From Owenia fusiformis (Eukaryota), in the NCBI GenBank assembly GCA_903813345.2, contig CAIIXF020000001.1:39928001-39992000 (forward strand): DNA of 64,000 bases, read 5' to 3'. The first letter of the stretch is position 1. Every line of letters begins with the position of its first letter. The translations under genes were made by a program, and so were the position numbers. Positions 39,122-52,493 of the stretch are shown here, in pieces. Under the pieces are notes generated by a model. The model had not been told where the DNA came from, ran no database searches, and saw only the letters and a list, made by a program, of their open reading frames with translations.

Positions 39122-42100
39122 CTATAGATCACAACCTAATCGATCTATCTCCTCAATGATGAAGTCCATATCTTTAGTGAAACAGCGATCACTTATCACA
39201 ACCATTCGGAAGAAGTTGACATATTGTTCATGTTGCTGATAGCAGACTAACAGAGATCCTTTCTCCATCATTCTCTGCTTGATTGTTGGAGCAACTTTGT
39301 TCAATTTGGCCCACCATTCTGGGGTTTCTTCCTGGCCTCTCATGCTGGGTGGAATATACCAGAAACACACATTGGTGCACTCAGGCTGGAAGAGAAAAAA
39401 TGATATTGATTATATTGGAAAATTACATACTCCTCGTATATATTTACATTTGCTTACTTAATTGACAATTTCACATATTTTACTTGTGTAAAATAGCCTT
39501 CAGTGTCCAAATTAGCTTCACCTTACAAAGCTTTCATCAAGCATTAACAGGTTCAAGACTAATCAAGTTCTAATAGGCCAAACTTAAAATACAATGTACT
39601 TGTGGAATAACACCTCAAAATGACCTGGGCACACAAATACAATGTTAAACGTTTATATACTCAAAATATTCTACTTACATCTAACATAAGTCTAAAGCCT
39701 GGAGTTGTGCGACATCTGTCAGCTAGATGTCTGAAAGTAAAAATAGGAACATTAACTACATTTAACAACTAGTCATAACTGTCATTTAATTTTGAAATAT
39801 ATCTTTTTATTTCATTTTGTCCTCTCTTCATTATAACAGTTTTACTAGACTTCACCAAGCAAAATACTGAATCAGATTACATTAACATGTAATTTATTTC
39901 ATGGCTGTAGATGTGTATCATATAGTTATTTTACCTTGAGTTGTCAAAGGCTTGATCGATTTTCTTTTCAAAACCAGCATCTCCACGTGCCTTCCAGCTC
40001 AACCAAAGCTTAAAGCAATCTACGCGGCGGCCGCACTGGATTGTCTTGTCTCCGGTATCATAGGACACATCATAGAACTTGTCCTTTTGAAACAGGTACT
40101 TGGCATTGTAGGAGTGGGCAGATTGTAAAAGACCCTACAAGACAAAAGATACAAAGTTAGTCACACAATCATGTTGTTTTTACCATTATTTACTCAACAT
40201 TTAAATAAAACAAAAAACAATTTACAAAATCTAATCGAGGTTCTTTCTATTTGTAGATGTAGGATTTTTGAAAGACACTAGTTTCTATGAAAATAAATCA
40301 GCAGTGTGCAGGGCAGCCAAGTTGAAAAAGTTGCTTTGATAGAACTCCTTTCCAGTGTATTATTGAAAATTTCAGAAAAAACAGGTGGCTACCGAAGTTT
40401 AGATTTGCCTGTAGCCACCTCATAAGTTGACTGCCCTGAGTGTGTGCAATCAAGCATTAAGCAACCAGTCCAAGTGATTGTAGCTTCATAATCTTGTGGT
40501 TCTGTCAACCAAAATGTCATTCGTTAGAATTACATTGTATAAAATCATAATCAACATAATGAACATAATTCTTGGCTTGCTGTTGCTCTAAATAAATCAC
40601 ACATGTAGTTAAATCACACATGTAGTTTATAATCATGCTGAAATGCAAAGTTCTTTATTGCTCACAGCGACCCGAGGGCCTTAATACTGCTTATCTGGGA
40701 AAACAAAGGGTTGTTATTATACATAGATAAATGAGTCCCACTAGGGAATGAAACCCTAGAGAGACTCGGTTAACAAACTGTTAATAGCACCTTTTACTCA
40801 CGCTGGTGCTATAAACTAACCTCGTGTTTGGTAAGAAAAGCAGAGCACTGCTGGGTTGCTCCCATGAGCTTGTGTGGGTTCCAGGTGACTGAGTCAGCTC
40901 TACAACAAACATACATATAAACAGCATGGTCTTCTTTTAACACTACCAGATTGTCTCAAAATAAGCCCCTTAGATATATGGTCCATTAGCCACCACTGTT
41001 TGATGAAATTTTTGGCCAACAAATGTGCTAGTTCAAGGCTTTCTAACATTTCACCTTATTTTTGTAATACTATGTCTATGAAGTTTTTGCATTTGAATTT
41101 GATCAAAAACAAGCCTTGTCACTTTGATGAGGCTGGGACCATATAACAAAAAGACCTCTTTTCATTTGATGTGATTATAAATTAACACTGAGCTCTAGCA
41201 TTTTGATTCTTCTCTTATAGAGCTCCATGTTGAATTGATCTGTTGTGCAAGCAGCCATGAATGAGATTCAGAAGTACAATCAACAGAACTAATATTGCAA
41301 AAATAAAATGTGAGCCTAAGCTTAAAATAGTTCTATAAGTAAGATAAAATAAATTTTAAGTGAAGATTACAATACATATAGCAGATGATGATGAATGAGA
41401 TAATAGGCCAAAATAACTGCACTGCATGACAGATCATGTTGGAACCAAACTTAGGTTAATTCAGAATATGTAATGGTACATTATATGAATTTCTATACAC
41501 ACCTTTCAATGCCCTTGAGAAGGTATCGCCATTTCTTGGACAACAAGGCACCACCACCCCAGGCTGAGTCAACGTGAAACCACAGGTTGTTGTGTTCAGC
41601 GATCTCAGCCATTTCTTCAATGGGGTCAAATGCTCCGATGACAGTTGTTCCAGCAGTAGCCAACACGGCAATTGGGGCAAGGCCCTAAAAAAATAATCTC
41701 AGAATTATCTAATGGACATTTCAGTTGTACATATTTTAGGTCTCCTAAATTCTTACACTTATGATGTGATCAGAGTCCATTTTGTTCATTTATTATTATA
41801 AAGGTTATTTACAATATCAACACAATTTGATGGAACATGACAAAATATATTCTTACCTCAGATTTTGCTTTCTCAATGGCTTTCTCAAGTTCAGATGGGA
41901 TAAGTTTGCCTTGCTCATCGCATTTCACTCCGATACAGTTGTCAGAGCCCATTCCCAGGAATGAACAGGATTTCATCATGGAGTAGTGACATTGTGATGA
42001 CACAAAGACACAGCATGGCTTACATGCATGCATGCCCTTCTTCTTGATCTCAGGGAACATCTTGTGACGGGCAAGGTTGATGGCATACATATTGGCGAGT

Positions 42101-45100
42101 GAGCCACCTGGAGCGAAGATACCATCTCCATTTCCATTTTCCCACCCAATACAAGACCTCATCTTTTTCAAGATGGATGCCTCAACAAGGGTAAAAACGG
42201 GTGCCATCTCGTAGGTGTAGGCACTTGTGTTCATGGTGTCTGTAAGCCAAGACCCAGCAACTCCATACTGGTCAAATCCTCCTGCTCCCAGTTGATTGTA
42301 CATGTTAGGATGACCTGGAATATACAACACCCCGAATGATAACCAAAGGATAAATATAGATGGCATGATGGTCAAACTGACTTCATATCCTTCAAAGGCA
42401 GTTATATTTTGCCAATCTGTTCATAGATGTCACTAGTATTGATCAACTATGGGGTTTCTCCACTTCTAATTATCTAGAGAAAAATTATCATAAATTATAC
42501 GAGTGGTGATGAACAAACCTATAACCACTCCATTATAATTAACAGAATTCTAATTTTAAGCAATGGAATTTAGTTTTTATAACTAAAGGTTTGTAAATGA
42601 TAGCCAAGGAGGATATGACGCAAGTTCTCAATATGTGGATCTATTTATGTATGCTAGTATCAATAGAACTGCTAACCTGGTGAGTTAGATAAGCAGTGAA
42701 CTACTTGGGCTTCACCTTTTCAACTATCATATGGCCATGACTTACTCTTGAAAGGTTAACTTAGGCTACCTTGATCATAAACTCCATCCAAACATAGCAA
42801 TCTGCTTACCAATATGTTATAACACTAACGGGTCTTAATCAAGAGTGGAAGTTTCCTCAAGCCAGAGTACCTATTATCCCGTCCCAGCTTAAGTTTATTG
42901 GCTTATAGATTACTGAGAAGTTAATGTTGACTCGGACCAACTCATGTTTACTGATAAACCCTTCTAATTACAACAATATATCCACCATTCTATATCATTC
43001 TTATGAAATATGCCGTCTGCATTTTAATAATTTTCAGATAATTTTTTCATGATGGTTCTTTCAAGATTTAGAGCTGCTATTTTTAAGTAGCTCATTCCAT
43101 CCAGGGTATGCAGATTTATTAATGCATGGTCCACATTGGCTGATGCAATATTTGGAGTACCCATTTAACATGTGGGCTGATGCAATATTTCAACATGGAC
43201 CTTTAAACTGGTAAACATGTTATGTATACTCCGATATGGTTTTACTGATTTACATATAACATGGTTATAACCACCAATAGCAATATACTTCAATACCTAT
43301 TTCTTGTTTTCACATAAAACAATAACAATTGACAATTGGTGAATTCCATGTTTACATACTTTGTGAAATATAGCATCAAACACCCAAAAATCCCTTACTT
43401 TTCCATGCATATTTGATACCCCATAAATAAAATAACCTTTCTACATACCTGTTTTAATGCTGTACTTGATGGTTGTTTTGCATAGATTAAGCAGTTCATC
43501 GTCAGATTCTCCATTCTCTGTGACTTCGAAATTAAGTTTTGTTTTCAGTTCCTCTGGATGTTGGAATTCTAGTACTTTGCTGAAAGCAATGACAAAATGT
43601 TAATCACATGTAAAATCAATCCCTGAAAATTGAAATGACAGATCTACTTCGGTCAACTTGAAAGTTGAGGGAAAAAACAATTATATAGGGTTGTAAAGTG
43701 AATTGTCATAATAAATTTAAAAACAGTATTGACTAATTGACTTGACAGAATGAATATTCAATTTAATAATCAATCCAGCAATAACATTGGAATTGTTATT
43801 GAGATTAGTGTAAAGATTTTGCATTTATATATTGTGACATTTAAAAACAAAAGAAATTACTTTTTGATATTGGTGTGCTCTCGAACTCCATCTTCCATCA
43901 GTAAATCATGGATTCGATCAAGGAATTGAAATTCATCAGGCTTAGCATTTGCTGCATGAGGAGTCTTCTGAAGGTGTTTAGTTTTGTGTACATGTACAGG
44001 TCTTGGGCATGGTTTGGATTTAAGAGTAAAAGGTTTCTGAACAGGTTTGAGATTGCTTTCCACACTTGAGCTGAGCCCACTGTCACTTTCACTGTCACTT
44101 GAGTTGCCACTCGAAGCTCCAGATGTATCTGCAAAAACATACAATAAAGAAAGATGTATTTACATATCGAACTGCCAAAAATCCATTACATTATGAAGGA
44201 CTGAGGGAATCATTGCCCCCCCCCCCTGCAACTGAAAATTTAAATTGATAATTGCGATCCAAAATATTTTCAAAAATATTTCCAAGTATTTAAGGTAATT
44301 ATGGAGTAACATAATCTGGATTTATACAATTATTTGAAACTTACTTGAAAAAATTTCACTTTCACTCATCTGTTGTTGGGATGTTTCAAACTCAGTTTCA
44401 TCCCCTGAAAATAATCAGACAATATAAGTAAATACATTTAATTGTACATTTATATTCACAAAATGGGTGCAAAATTTTTCTTAACTGAAATAAGTTCACT
44501 GTAACACAGTTCCCACTGGGGTATTTTCATGACTTTCCATTTGCTTTAAAAGTACCCAATGAATTACATGTACAACTTTCAAGACAGTGATTTAGGTAAA
44601 GTGTGTGAAACTGAAGATTTATGATGTCTAGTCGGAAAAAGCTACTTTTTCAACCAAGCTTCAAGAACACACTTTCCTTGTATGAACTAAAAATAAACAC
44701 ACATGCCAATATATATTATTAGTAGAACTACTGAATAAACATTATAATATCATCCTTCAGATGATTTGCAATAAAATCAATGACCCTATGACATGGCAAC
44801 ACGTGTCGTCATATGCTGTGCAAAAATATTGTAATTTATAGCATGTAGCAAAGCAACAAGTATTGATTGGAGTTATTATTTGCAACTTGCTAATTAACGA
44901 GAATTGTTATTGCAGTACCAGAGATTTGTTATTGCAGTACCACGTATTGCTTGAAATATCACCATTCGTAGGACATTAATTAGAGACTCAGTTGATATTG
45001 TATTTACTGTGCAACGTGACTTTCAGCTTCAGCAGCAAGATATAATGTCATGGAAACTTCCTTAATATGACAATTAAATAAGGAATTCTAAGTAAATTGA

Positions 45101-46089
45101 ACAATGAACATCCTCATTCAAATAAAAGCCAAAGGCCCAGGCTTAAAAAAAGCCTTTTTTAACTACTGTACTAAAATCCTGAGTTTCTGTGTCTTTATAA
45201 TATTGGGAAATTTTCTTTTTGAAAGTATGACTTAAAAAGGAAAGTGCACTCAGCCATTCCCCATTTCAATGATGAGTAATTGTGAGTAATCAATAAGCCC
45301 CATCTATTCAATCCAAACCTCAATATCTGAGCTTGTTCATGGCATTGGCAGGATGTAGCCAGGATCTTAAAAGATTTAGAAGAAGCGAATTCATAGTTTC
45401 GATACAAAATGTGTGTGTTTGATCCTTTTAGTGAGGCAACATGACTCATGCCTCATGCCGGCTAGCTAGTCACAAGTTCAAGTCACAAACAGTTGCAGGA
45501 TAAGAAACCTCAATTTGAATAATTATTTTGTATAACAATATATTTGTCATACATAAAGCGCCTATTCGAATACTGACATTGGAAAACTAGCTTTACCAAT
45601 GCCAATATGAATGCAAAGGGGCGTTCATAATTGTGACTCCCAGACAAAAGAGTGATTAAATATGGTATAATTCTCTAAAATAAGACATTAGAATTCAGTG
45701 GCAATCAATGCAATCTGTTTATCTATGGTCCTTTACTCCCATAGCTGTCCTACCACCCCCCCCCCCCACAAAGGGATGATGAATCACAATATTGACATCA
45801 TCAACTTCCCTCCTTCAAGCCCTAAATTCAACCTTTTGGAAGTGGGTGATGTTATTATTATTACACATTCAAAACTGTAAGATAATGAAATAAATATGCT
45901 GAAAATTCAAGAAGAATACACAAACAAGTTAGTACACAAATTATTGAGTTATGAAACGAAAATTTTCAAAATTTTAGCTGTAGACCTGCTAAAATAGGTC
46001 AACATGCCGGTATCAGCTGTTCAAATGAACCGGCTAAAAAGTAAAGTGTACTCACCACGGATATTATAGTCTCCTGCTAAAATAGGCAT
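39122..46089 (-). CDS. PLP-dependent acidic amino acid decarboxylase (CSAD/GADL1/aspartate decarboxylase-like), ~555 aa; exons 46056-46089, 43861-44128, 43449-43579, 41857-42314, 41503-41684, 40821-40899, 39935-40134, 39679-39730, 39122-39385
   Basis: Group II decarboxylase motifs: [77 protein letters not shown]-lysine motif [47 protein letters not shown] and NFFRMV. Phases are consistent; the short first exon is the least certain. Confidence 0.93.
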
Positions 46090-46780
46090 CTTTGTTGTTG
46101 TTGTGTTATAACCGATTTGGTGTCAACTTTTTAGTTATTTTGTTCATTTGATTTAGAGATGTTCACCGAACAAATTCTAAGAAGAGAAGGCAGTATAATA
46201 TAAGGATTCATGTAATTATAATAAAAGCTTAGGGAATATTCCATTTGCCGACGTCAAAGGGCTTACACTTGAGGGGTGGCAGGTTTTTTTAAATGAACTG
46301 TTCCAATGTAATAAGATAATTTTATGTAGGAAAATATTCGATTATCTACTTTTTGGACTTTACAAAGTACAACGGACATTCAAAATCATCAAATACTATT
46401 GCCTACCTTGAAGTATTTTTGGAAATACATGAAAATTAAAAACATAATTTAGTGCATACACCCCCGCGTATTGGAAGAGTCAATAAATAGAAAGGAAAAT
46501 TCCTCCTGTAGACTTCGGCTAAGAGATGTGTTGTCCGAACATTATTGATTATCTAATTTTCCAGAGAATAAATGATGTTGACACACTCGGAACAAAAGTC
46601 CCCGGTAAAATTAAGTTATTTCAGATGAGATGTTTAGTCTAGTATTTTTACCATTTCTGTTATCCAATCCTCAACTTGTCAGCTAATTGTGGGTGTGATT
46701 GGTGTGTGTACAGGGGCAGGGGTGTGTGAAATCACCGGACCAATCATACAATTTATAGAAAGTACAGCGTTTCATGCATT

Positions 46781-47016
46781 CACTGGCGGATCCAGAAGCT
46801 AACAAGGGGGGGGGGGTAAATTTGGCCCATGGGCTGTTGAAAACCCATGTTTGGCCTAAAAAGGCCAAATTATTCCCAAAAAAGGTCCATTTTGAGGCCC
46901 TACAAAATGTTAAGTTAGTCTAATTCCAAAACTTTTTGAGGCCCTAAAATTTTTTTCTGGGCCCACAGACGGGGGTGGTTCAAGCCCATACGCCCCCCCC
47001 CCCGGATCTGCCAGTG
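46781..47016. mobile_element. Small MITE with CACTGGCGGATCC termini and poly-G/C subtermini
   Basis: cactggcggatcc pairs with ggatctgccagtg. Confidence 0.75.
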
Positions 47017-47021
47017 GAATG

Positions 47022-47189
47022 TGAGTAGGTAGTTACCAGTTTTTAAAATTTAATTTTTAAAGTTAATAAACTATTTTCGAAACCATATTTCTAGATGTGT
47101 AATACGTAGATTTCAAATATGACATATCACTTTGACTGAATATTTAATATTCAATGACGTAAATAAAGATTATTTCTACTCGTATCTAG
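47022..47189 (-). mobile_element. Internally deleted reverse copy of the dispersed MITE family (cf. 25214, 26884, 61503)
   Basis: Reads gagtaggtagttaccagttt .. gatttcaaatatgac .. gattatttctactcgtatctag. Confidence 0.7.
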
Positions 47190-47653
47190 TTTATTCCAGA
47201 CTACTAATACTGGTTCATGTCTAAGATGAATTTATTTCTTCATCCTAGGTTCATGTATTTAAAACAAAGTATATTGAAAAATCAGTTTATTTAATTTATT
47301 AAGATGGTTTGTATCATTTATTCATCATTCTGTCTACATTAAAGACATATGTTAACAACAGTAATTACAGGTTAATTTTTTCTGGGCCCATGTTATATGC
47401 ATTACAGTTTATATCTAAATCTAGTAATTAGTAATAGTGATTTTAAATTGTAAATTTTGAAAGTAAAATAAATCAATTAATTCAAAGAGCTAGTAGATAA
47501 TAATAGTTCATTAAACTAAATTAAACTGCAGAGTAACTCAAATGATCATGCCTTTTCATTAAATTAATGCCAAAGGATATTTTGGCGGAATAGGATTGGA
47601 TTTCTCTAAATCTCAAGAGTTACTGATGTGGATAAATGCACCATTGTTTTTTG

Positions 47654-47924
47654 CGTATAAGTGTACTACTTTCGGCCCAGTGGGCGTAAATGGTAAAGGT
47701 GAGAAGAGCTGATGAATACAATGGAATGTTAAGTTGTTAATGAATGTTAATACAATGAAACAAAGTAACGACAGAAAGATCTGCCAGTGACAAAATACTC
47801 TTGAATTTATTGAAAAAATCAATAAATAGTCATTTTTATAGGCCCATGGGCGTATAAGCATACTACATTCGATTTTTGGCCCATGGGCCTAAATTTAGGG
47901 GGGCATATATGCGAGAAAATCCGG
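47654..47924 (-). mobile_element. Partial reverse copy of the pogo/Tc1-type MITE at 14128
   Basis: Shares the sequence behind the pseudo-ORF ..KNDYLLIFSINSRVFCHWQI.. and ends atatgcgagaaaatccgg|ta. Confidence 0.85.
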
Positions 47925-48829
47925 TACTAAAACTTCTGAACAAAATTCACACTGCATTTATGTAGACTATGTGTATACATATGGTGTACATAATTGTACA
48001 GTTACTAAAACTTGTGAACAAAATTCCCACTGCATTTATGTAGACTATGTGTATACATATGGTGTACATAATTGTAGTTACTAAAACTTGTGAACAGAAT
48101 TCCCACTGCATTTATGTAGACTATGTGTATACATATGGTGTACATAATTGTAGTTACTAAAACTTGTGAACAAATTTCACACTGCATTTATGTAGACTAT
48201 GTGTATACATATGGTGTACATAATTGTAGTTACTAATACTTGTGAACAAAATTCACACTGCATTTATGTAGACTATGTGTATACATATGGTGTACATAAT
48301 TGTAGTTACTAAAACTTGTGAACAAAATTCCCACTGCATTTATGTAGACTATGTGTATACATATGGTGTACATAATTGTAGTTACTAATACTTGTGAACA
48401 AAATTCACACTGCATTTATGTAGACTATGTGTATACATATGGTGTACATAATTGTAGTTACTAATACTTGTGAACAAAATTCCCACTGCATTTATGTAGA
48501 CTATGTGTATACATATGGTGCACATAATTGTAGTTACTAAAACTTGTGAACAAAATTCCCACTGCATTTACTATGTGTATACATATGGTGTACATAATTG
48601 TAGTTACTAAAACTTGTGAACAAAATTCCCACTGCATTTATGTAGACTATGTGTATACATATGGTGTACATAATTGTACAGTTACTAAAACTTGTGAACA
48701 AAATTCCCACTGCATTTATGTAGACTATGTGTATACATATGGTGTACATAATTGTAGTTACTAAAACTTGTGAACAGAATTCCCACTGCATTTATGTAGA
48801 CTATGTGTATACATATGGTGCACATAATT
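47925..48829. repeat. 76-bp satellite array, left part (~12 copies)
   Basis: Unit tactaaaacttgtgaacaaaattcccactgcatttatgtagactatgtgtatacatatggtgtacataattgtagt, with minor variants. Confidence 0.97.
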
Positions 48830-50469
48830 AGACTCCAGATGTAAATCTGGAGTCTATTGTTTTCGTCAGTATTCTTTATTATTCTTTTTCTTATTATTCT
48901 TTCCCAGTTTTCTCGTTAACTAGAAGATATTGAGTCAAGTCTTATATATGGTCCATTTAGGTCCTAGATCTAGTTTCTCGGAAATTGGGTCAACTTTTTA
49001 TCTAGGTCAAAGGTCAAGAACTAGGTCAAATCTTACATTTTCAACATTCTGTCATTTATCTTCGTCGTTGTTTATCGTAACTCCTAAATCTTTTTTTCAT
49101 CATGTAGCTTAGAAAAAGCCAAAGGAAAGATATGACATTAGATTTTTGATTACGCTTACCGATTTTGAAATATGGCGTCCAGAAAGTAGGTCAAAATAAC
49201 GAGTTCTCCAAATTTAACATCTGAGTTATGAATTAAGGGTAAAATTTACTCAGGAATCCGAATCTGCAAACCAAATTTCGATCCGACTTCCGGTTCGAAA
49301 GTTATGGCGTTTTGAAATTCCGAGAAAAATCGATCTGATGATATCCTTATAGAAAGTCAAGAGTAGAAAATAAAATATAGAAAAAATCATCCATCCTTCC
49401 TTCCTATCCTGTCTGATCATATCCTTCCTATCTATCCTTCCTTCCTATCCTTTCCTTCCTATCCTATCCTTCCTTCCTATTCTATATCCTAGCCTATATC
49501 CTATCCTATATCTATCCTATATCCTATCCTATCGTATATCCTATCCATTCCTATCCTTCTTTCCTATCCTTCCTATCCTATCCTTCCTTCCTATCCTATA
49601 CTATCCTATCGTTTCTTCCAATTCTATCCTATCCTTCCTTCCTATTCTGGAAGGAAGGATAGGATAGGAAGGAAGGATAGGATAAGAAGGATAGGAAAGA
49701 GGGATAGGACTGGACGACTTGGCTTATTCTGGATGACTCGGCTATATCCATCCCACCTATCCTATTCAATCCTATCCTTCTTTCCTATCCTTCCTATCTA
49801 TCCTTCCTTCCTATCCCATCCTTCCTATTCTGTCCTATCTTATTCTTTTTTCGGATTCTATCATATCCTATTCTATCCTTCCTATCCTATCCTCTACTAT
49901 CCTATCCTTTCTTCCTATTCTGTCCTATCCTATGAATTCATCCATTCATCCATCAATCCATCCATCCATCGGCTTATTCTGGATGACTCGGCTTATTCTG
50001 GATGACTCAGCCTATTCTGGATGACTTTGCTATTGTGGATGACTCGACTATAATATCCATCCAACCTATCCTATCCAATCCTATCCTTCTTTCCTATCCT
50101 TCCTATCCTATCCTATCCTTCCTTCCTATCCTATCCTACCCTTCCTATTCTGTCCTATCTTATTCTTTCTTCGGATTCTATCGTATACTATTCTATCCTT
50201 CATACCCTATACTATCCTATCCTTTCTTCCTATTCTATCCTATCCTTCCTTCCTATTCTGTCATATCCTTCCTCCTATCAATCCATCCATTCATTCATCA
50301 GTCCAGCCATCCACCTGCTTATTCTGGATGACTCGGCTTATGCTGGATGACTCAGCTTATTCTGGATGACTTGGCTTATTGTGGATGACTCGGCTTATTG
50401 TGGATGACTCAGCTTAAAAAGTCTAAATCTGGAGTCTGAAATTGAACTTGTTCAATTTCCAAATTCTAG
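48829..50469 (+). mobile_element. Helentron-associated non-autonomous element (HINE/DINE-1-like) inserted at a TT within the satellite
   Basis: It has a 5' stem-loop AGACTCCAGAT-gtaa-ATCTGGAGTCT followed by a tattct-rich microsatellite, internal (CCTAT)n and 20-bp repeats, a 3' subterminal IR ATCTGGAGTCT, a terminal hairpin GAAATTGAACttGTTCAATTTC and a CTAG-TT end. The host unit cataatt|gtagttact resumes afterwards. Confidence 0.8.
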
Positions 50470-51555
50470 TTGTAGTTACTAATACTTGTGAACAAAATTC
50501 CCACTGCATTTACTATGTGTATACATATGGTGTACAGAATTGTAGTTACTAAAACTTGTGAACAGAATTCCCACTGCATTTATGTAGACTATGTGTATAC
50601 ATATGGTGCACATAATTGTAGTTACTAATACTTGTGAACAAAATTCCCACTGCATTTATGTAGACTATGTGTATACATATGGTGTACATAATTGTAGTTA
50701 CTAAAACTTGTGAACAGAATTCCCACTGCATTTATGTAGACTATGTGTATACATATGGTGTACATAATTGTAGTTACTAAAACTTGTGAACAAAATTCAC
50801 ACTGCATTTATGTAGACTATGTGTATACATATGGTGTACATAATTGTAGTTACTAAAACTTGTGAACAGAATTCCCACTGCATTTATGTAGACTATGTGT
50901 ATACATATGGTGTACATAATTGTAGTTAATTAAACTTGTGAACAAAATTCCCACTGCATTTATGTAGACTATGTGTATACATATGGTGTACATAATTGTA
51001 GTTACTAATACTTGTGAACAAAATTCCCACTGCATTTACTATGTGTATACATATGGTGTACAGAATTGTAGTTACTAATACTTTTGAACAAAATTCACAC
51101 TGCATTTATGTAGACTATGTGTATACATATGGTGTACATAATTGTAGTTACTAAAACTTGTGAACAAAATTCCCACTGCATTTACTATGTGTATACATAT
51201 GGTGTACATAATTGTAGTTACTAATACTTGTGAACAAAATTCCCACTGCATTTATGTAGACTATGTGTATACATATGGTGTACATAATTGTAGTTACTAA
51301 TACTTGTGAACAAAATTCACACTGCATTTATGTAGACTATGTGTATACATATGGTGTACATAATTGTAGTTACTAATACTTGTGAACAAAATTCACACTG
51401 CATTTATGTAGACTATGTGTATACATATGGTGTACATAATTGTAGTTACTAATACTTGTGAACAAAATTCACACTGCATTTATGTAGACTATGTGTATAC
51501 ATATGGTGCACATAATTGTAGTTACTAAAACTTGTGAACAAAATTCCCACTGCAT
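50470..51555. repeat. 76-bp satellite array, right part (~14 copies)
   Basis: Same unit and register as 47925-48829. Confidence 0.97.
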
Positions 51556-52493
51556 AGGAAGAGTAATTAACTTTCTGTTAAACTCAAGATATTTATTCAT
51601 TTAATCAGTAAAGAAACATTAGCATATGGAAAGATACACTTTATATTATGGTGTAATGGAATATGATTTACCGTAAAGGTTTAAAAATGAAAAATGTGTG
51701 TGTACAAAATGGTACACAATACAATAAATACAATAATGTATGTATGAAATCAATATAGCCTAACATATCAACATATTGGTAAACCAATCATACAAACGAC
51801 GGCTTAACAATCTAGAGATTCATACTTTATAAATTGTTGACAAAGCTTGTATAAAAAGCATCTATACAATGTAGATTAATGTAACAGTGTAATGGTTGTA
51901 CAATCTTTTATAAAACTAATTCTGAAAATATATACTTCAAGGACTTATATTTGTGTCCACATCCATACAAAGCTAAGCAACAAAAATGCATGTTATATAT
52001 ATTCAGTGATAGCCTAAAAAAGTATCATGGTCATTCAATTTGAGTATAGAGGCCATTTTGGAAATGCCATCTTGATCAGGTTTATAATCTAAAAATTATA
52101 AATCATGTCCAAAGTTGGTTAGGAATTGCATCCAAAATGCCACATGAATGGAAAATGGCAGCCAATCAAGGCATCAAGCCTATAAAACTTGAACACAGAC
52201 ATTTGAGTTAATTATTATGCACATGTATAAAATATTGCAATGTGAGTGGCCGATGGCCAAACCATATTTATCACTACTTTGGATACAGCCAATCATATAT
52301 CTGAAAGACAATGCATCTGCCATACAATATGTTTCCTGGTGCTACTAAATACTATTTGAGCCCATGTTAAAGTCCTTTTCTCTTTGATAAGATGATTAGA
52401 AGTGCTTAATAATAATAATACAAGGCAGGCGAAGAATCAGATGCCGCCTGCAAAAGGCTACTAAAGTGTAACAGTATGTTATAGTAAATAAAG

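Noticed and set aside
49733..50331. Tyr/Pro/Ser/Ile-rich ORFs
   Set aside because: They are translations of the (CCTAT)n microsatellite.
47925..51555. Repeated ~60-aa ORFs (MQWEFCSQVLV..) and a possible CRISPR
   Set aside because: These are translation artefacts of the 76-bp satellite, which has no spacers.
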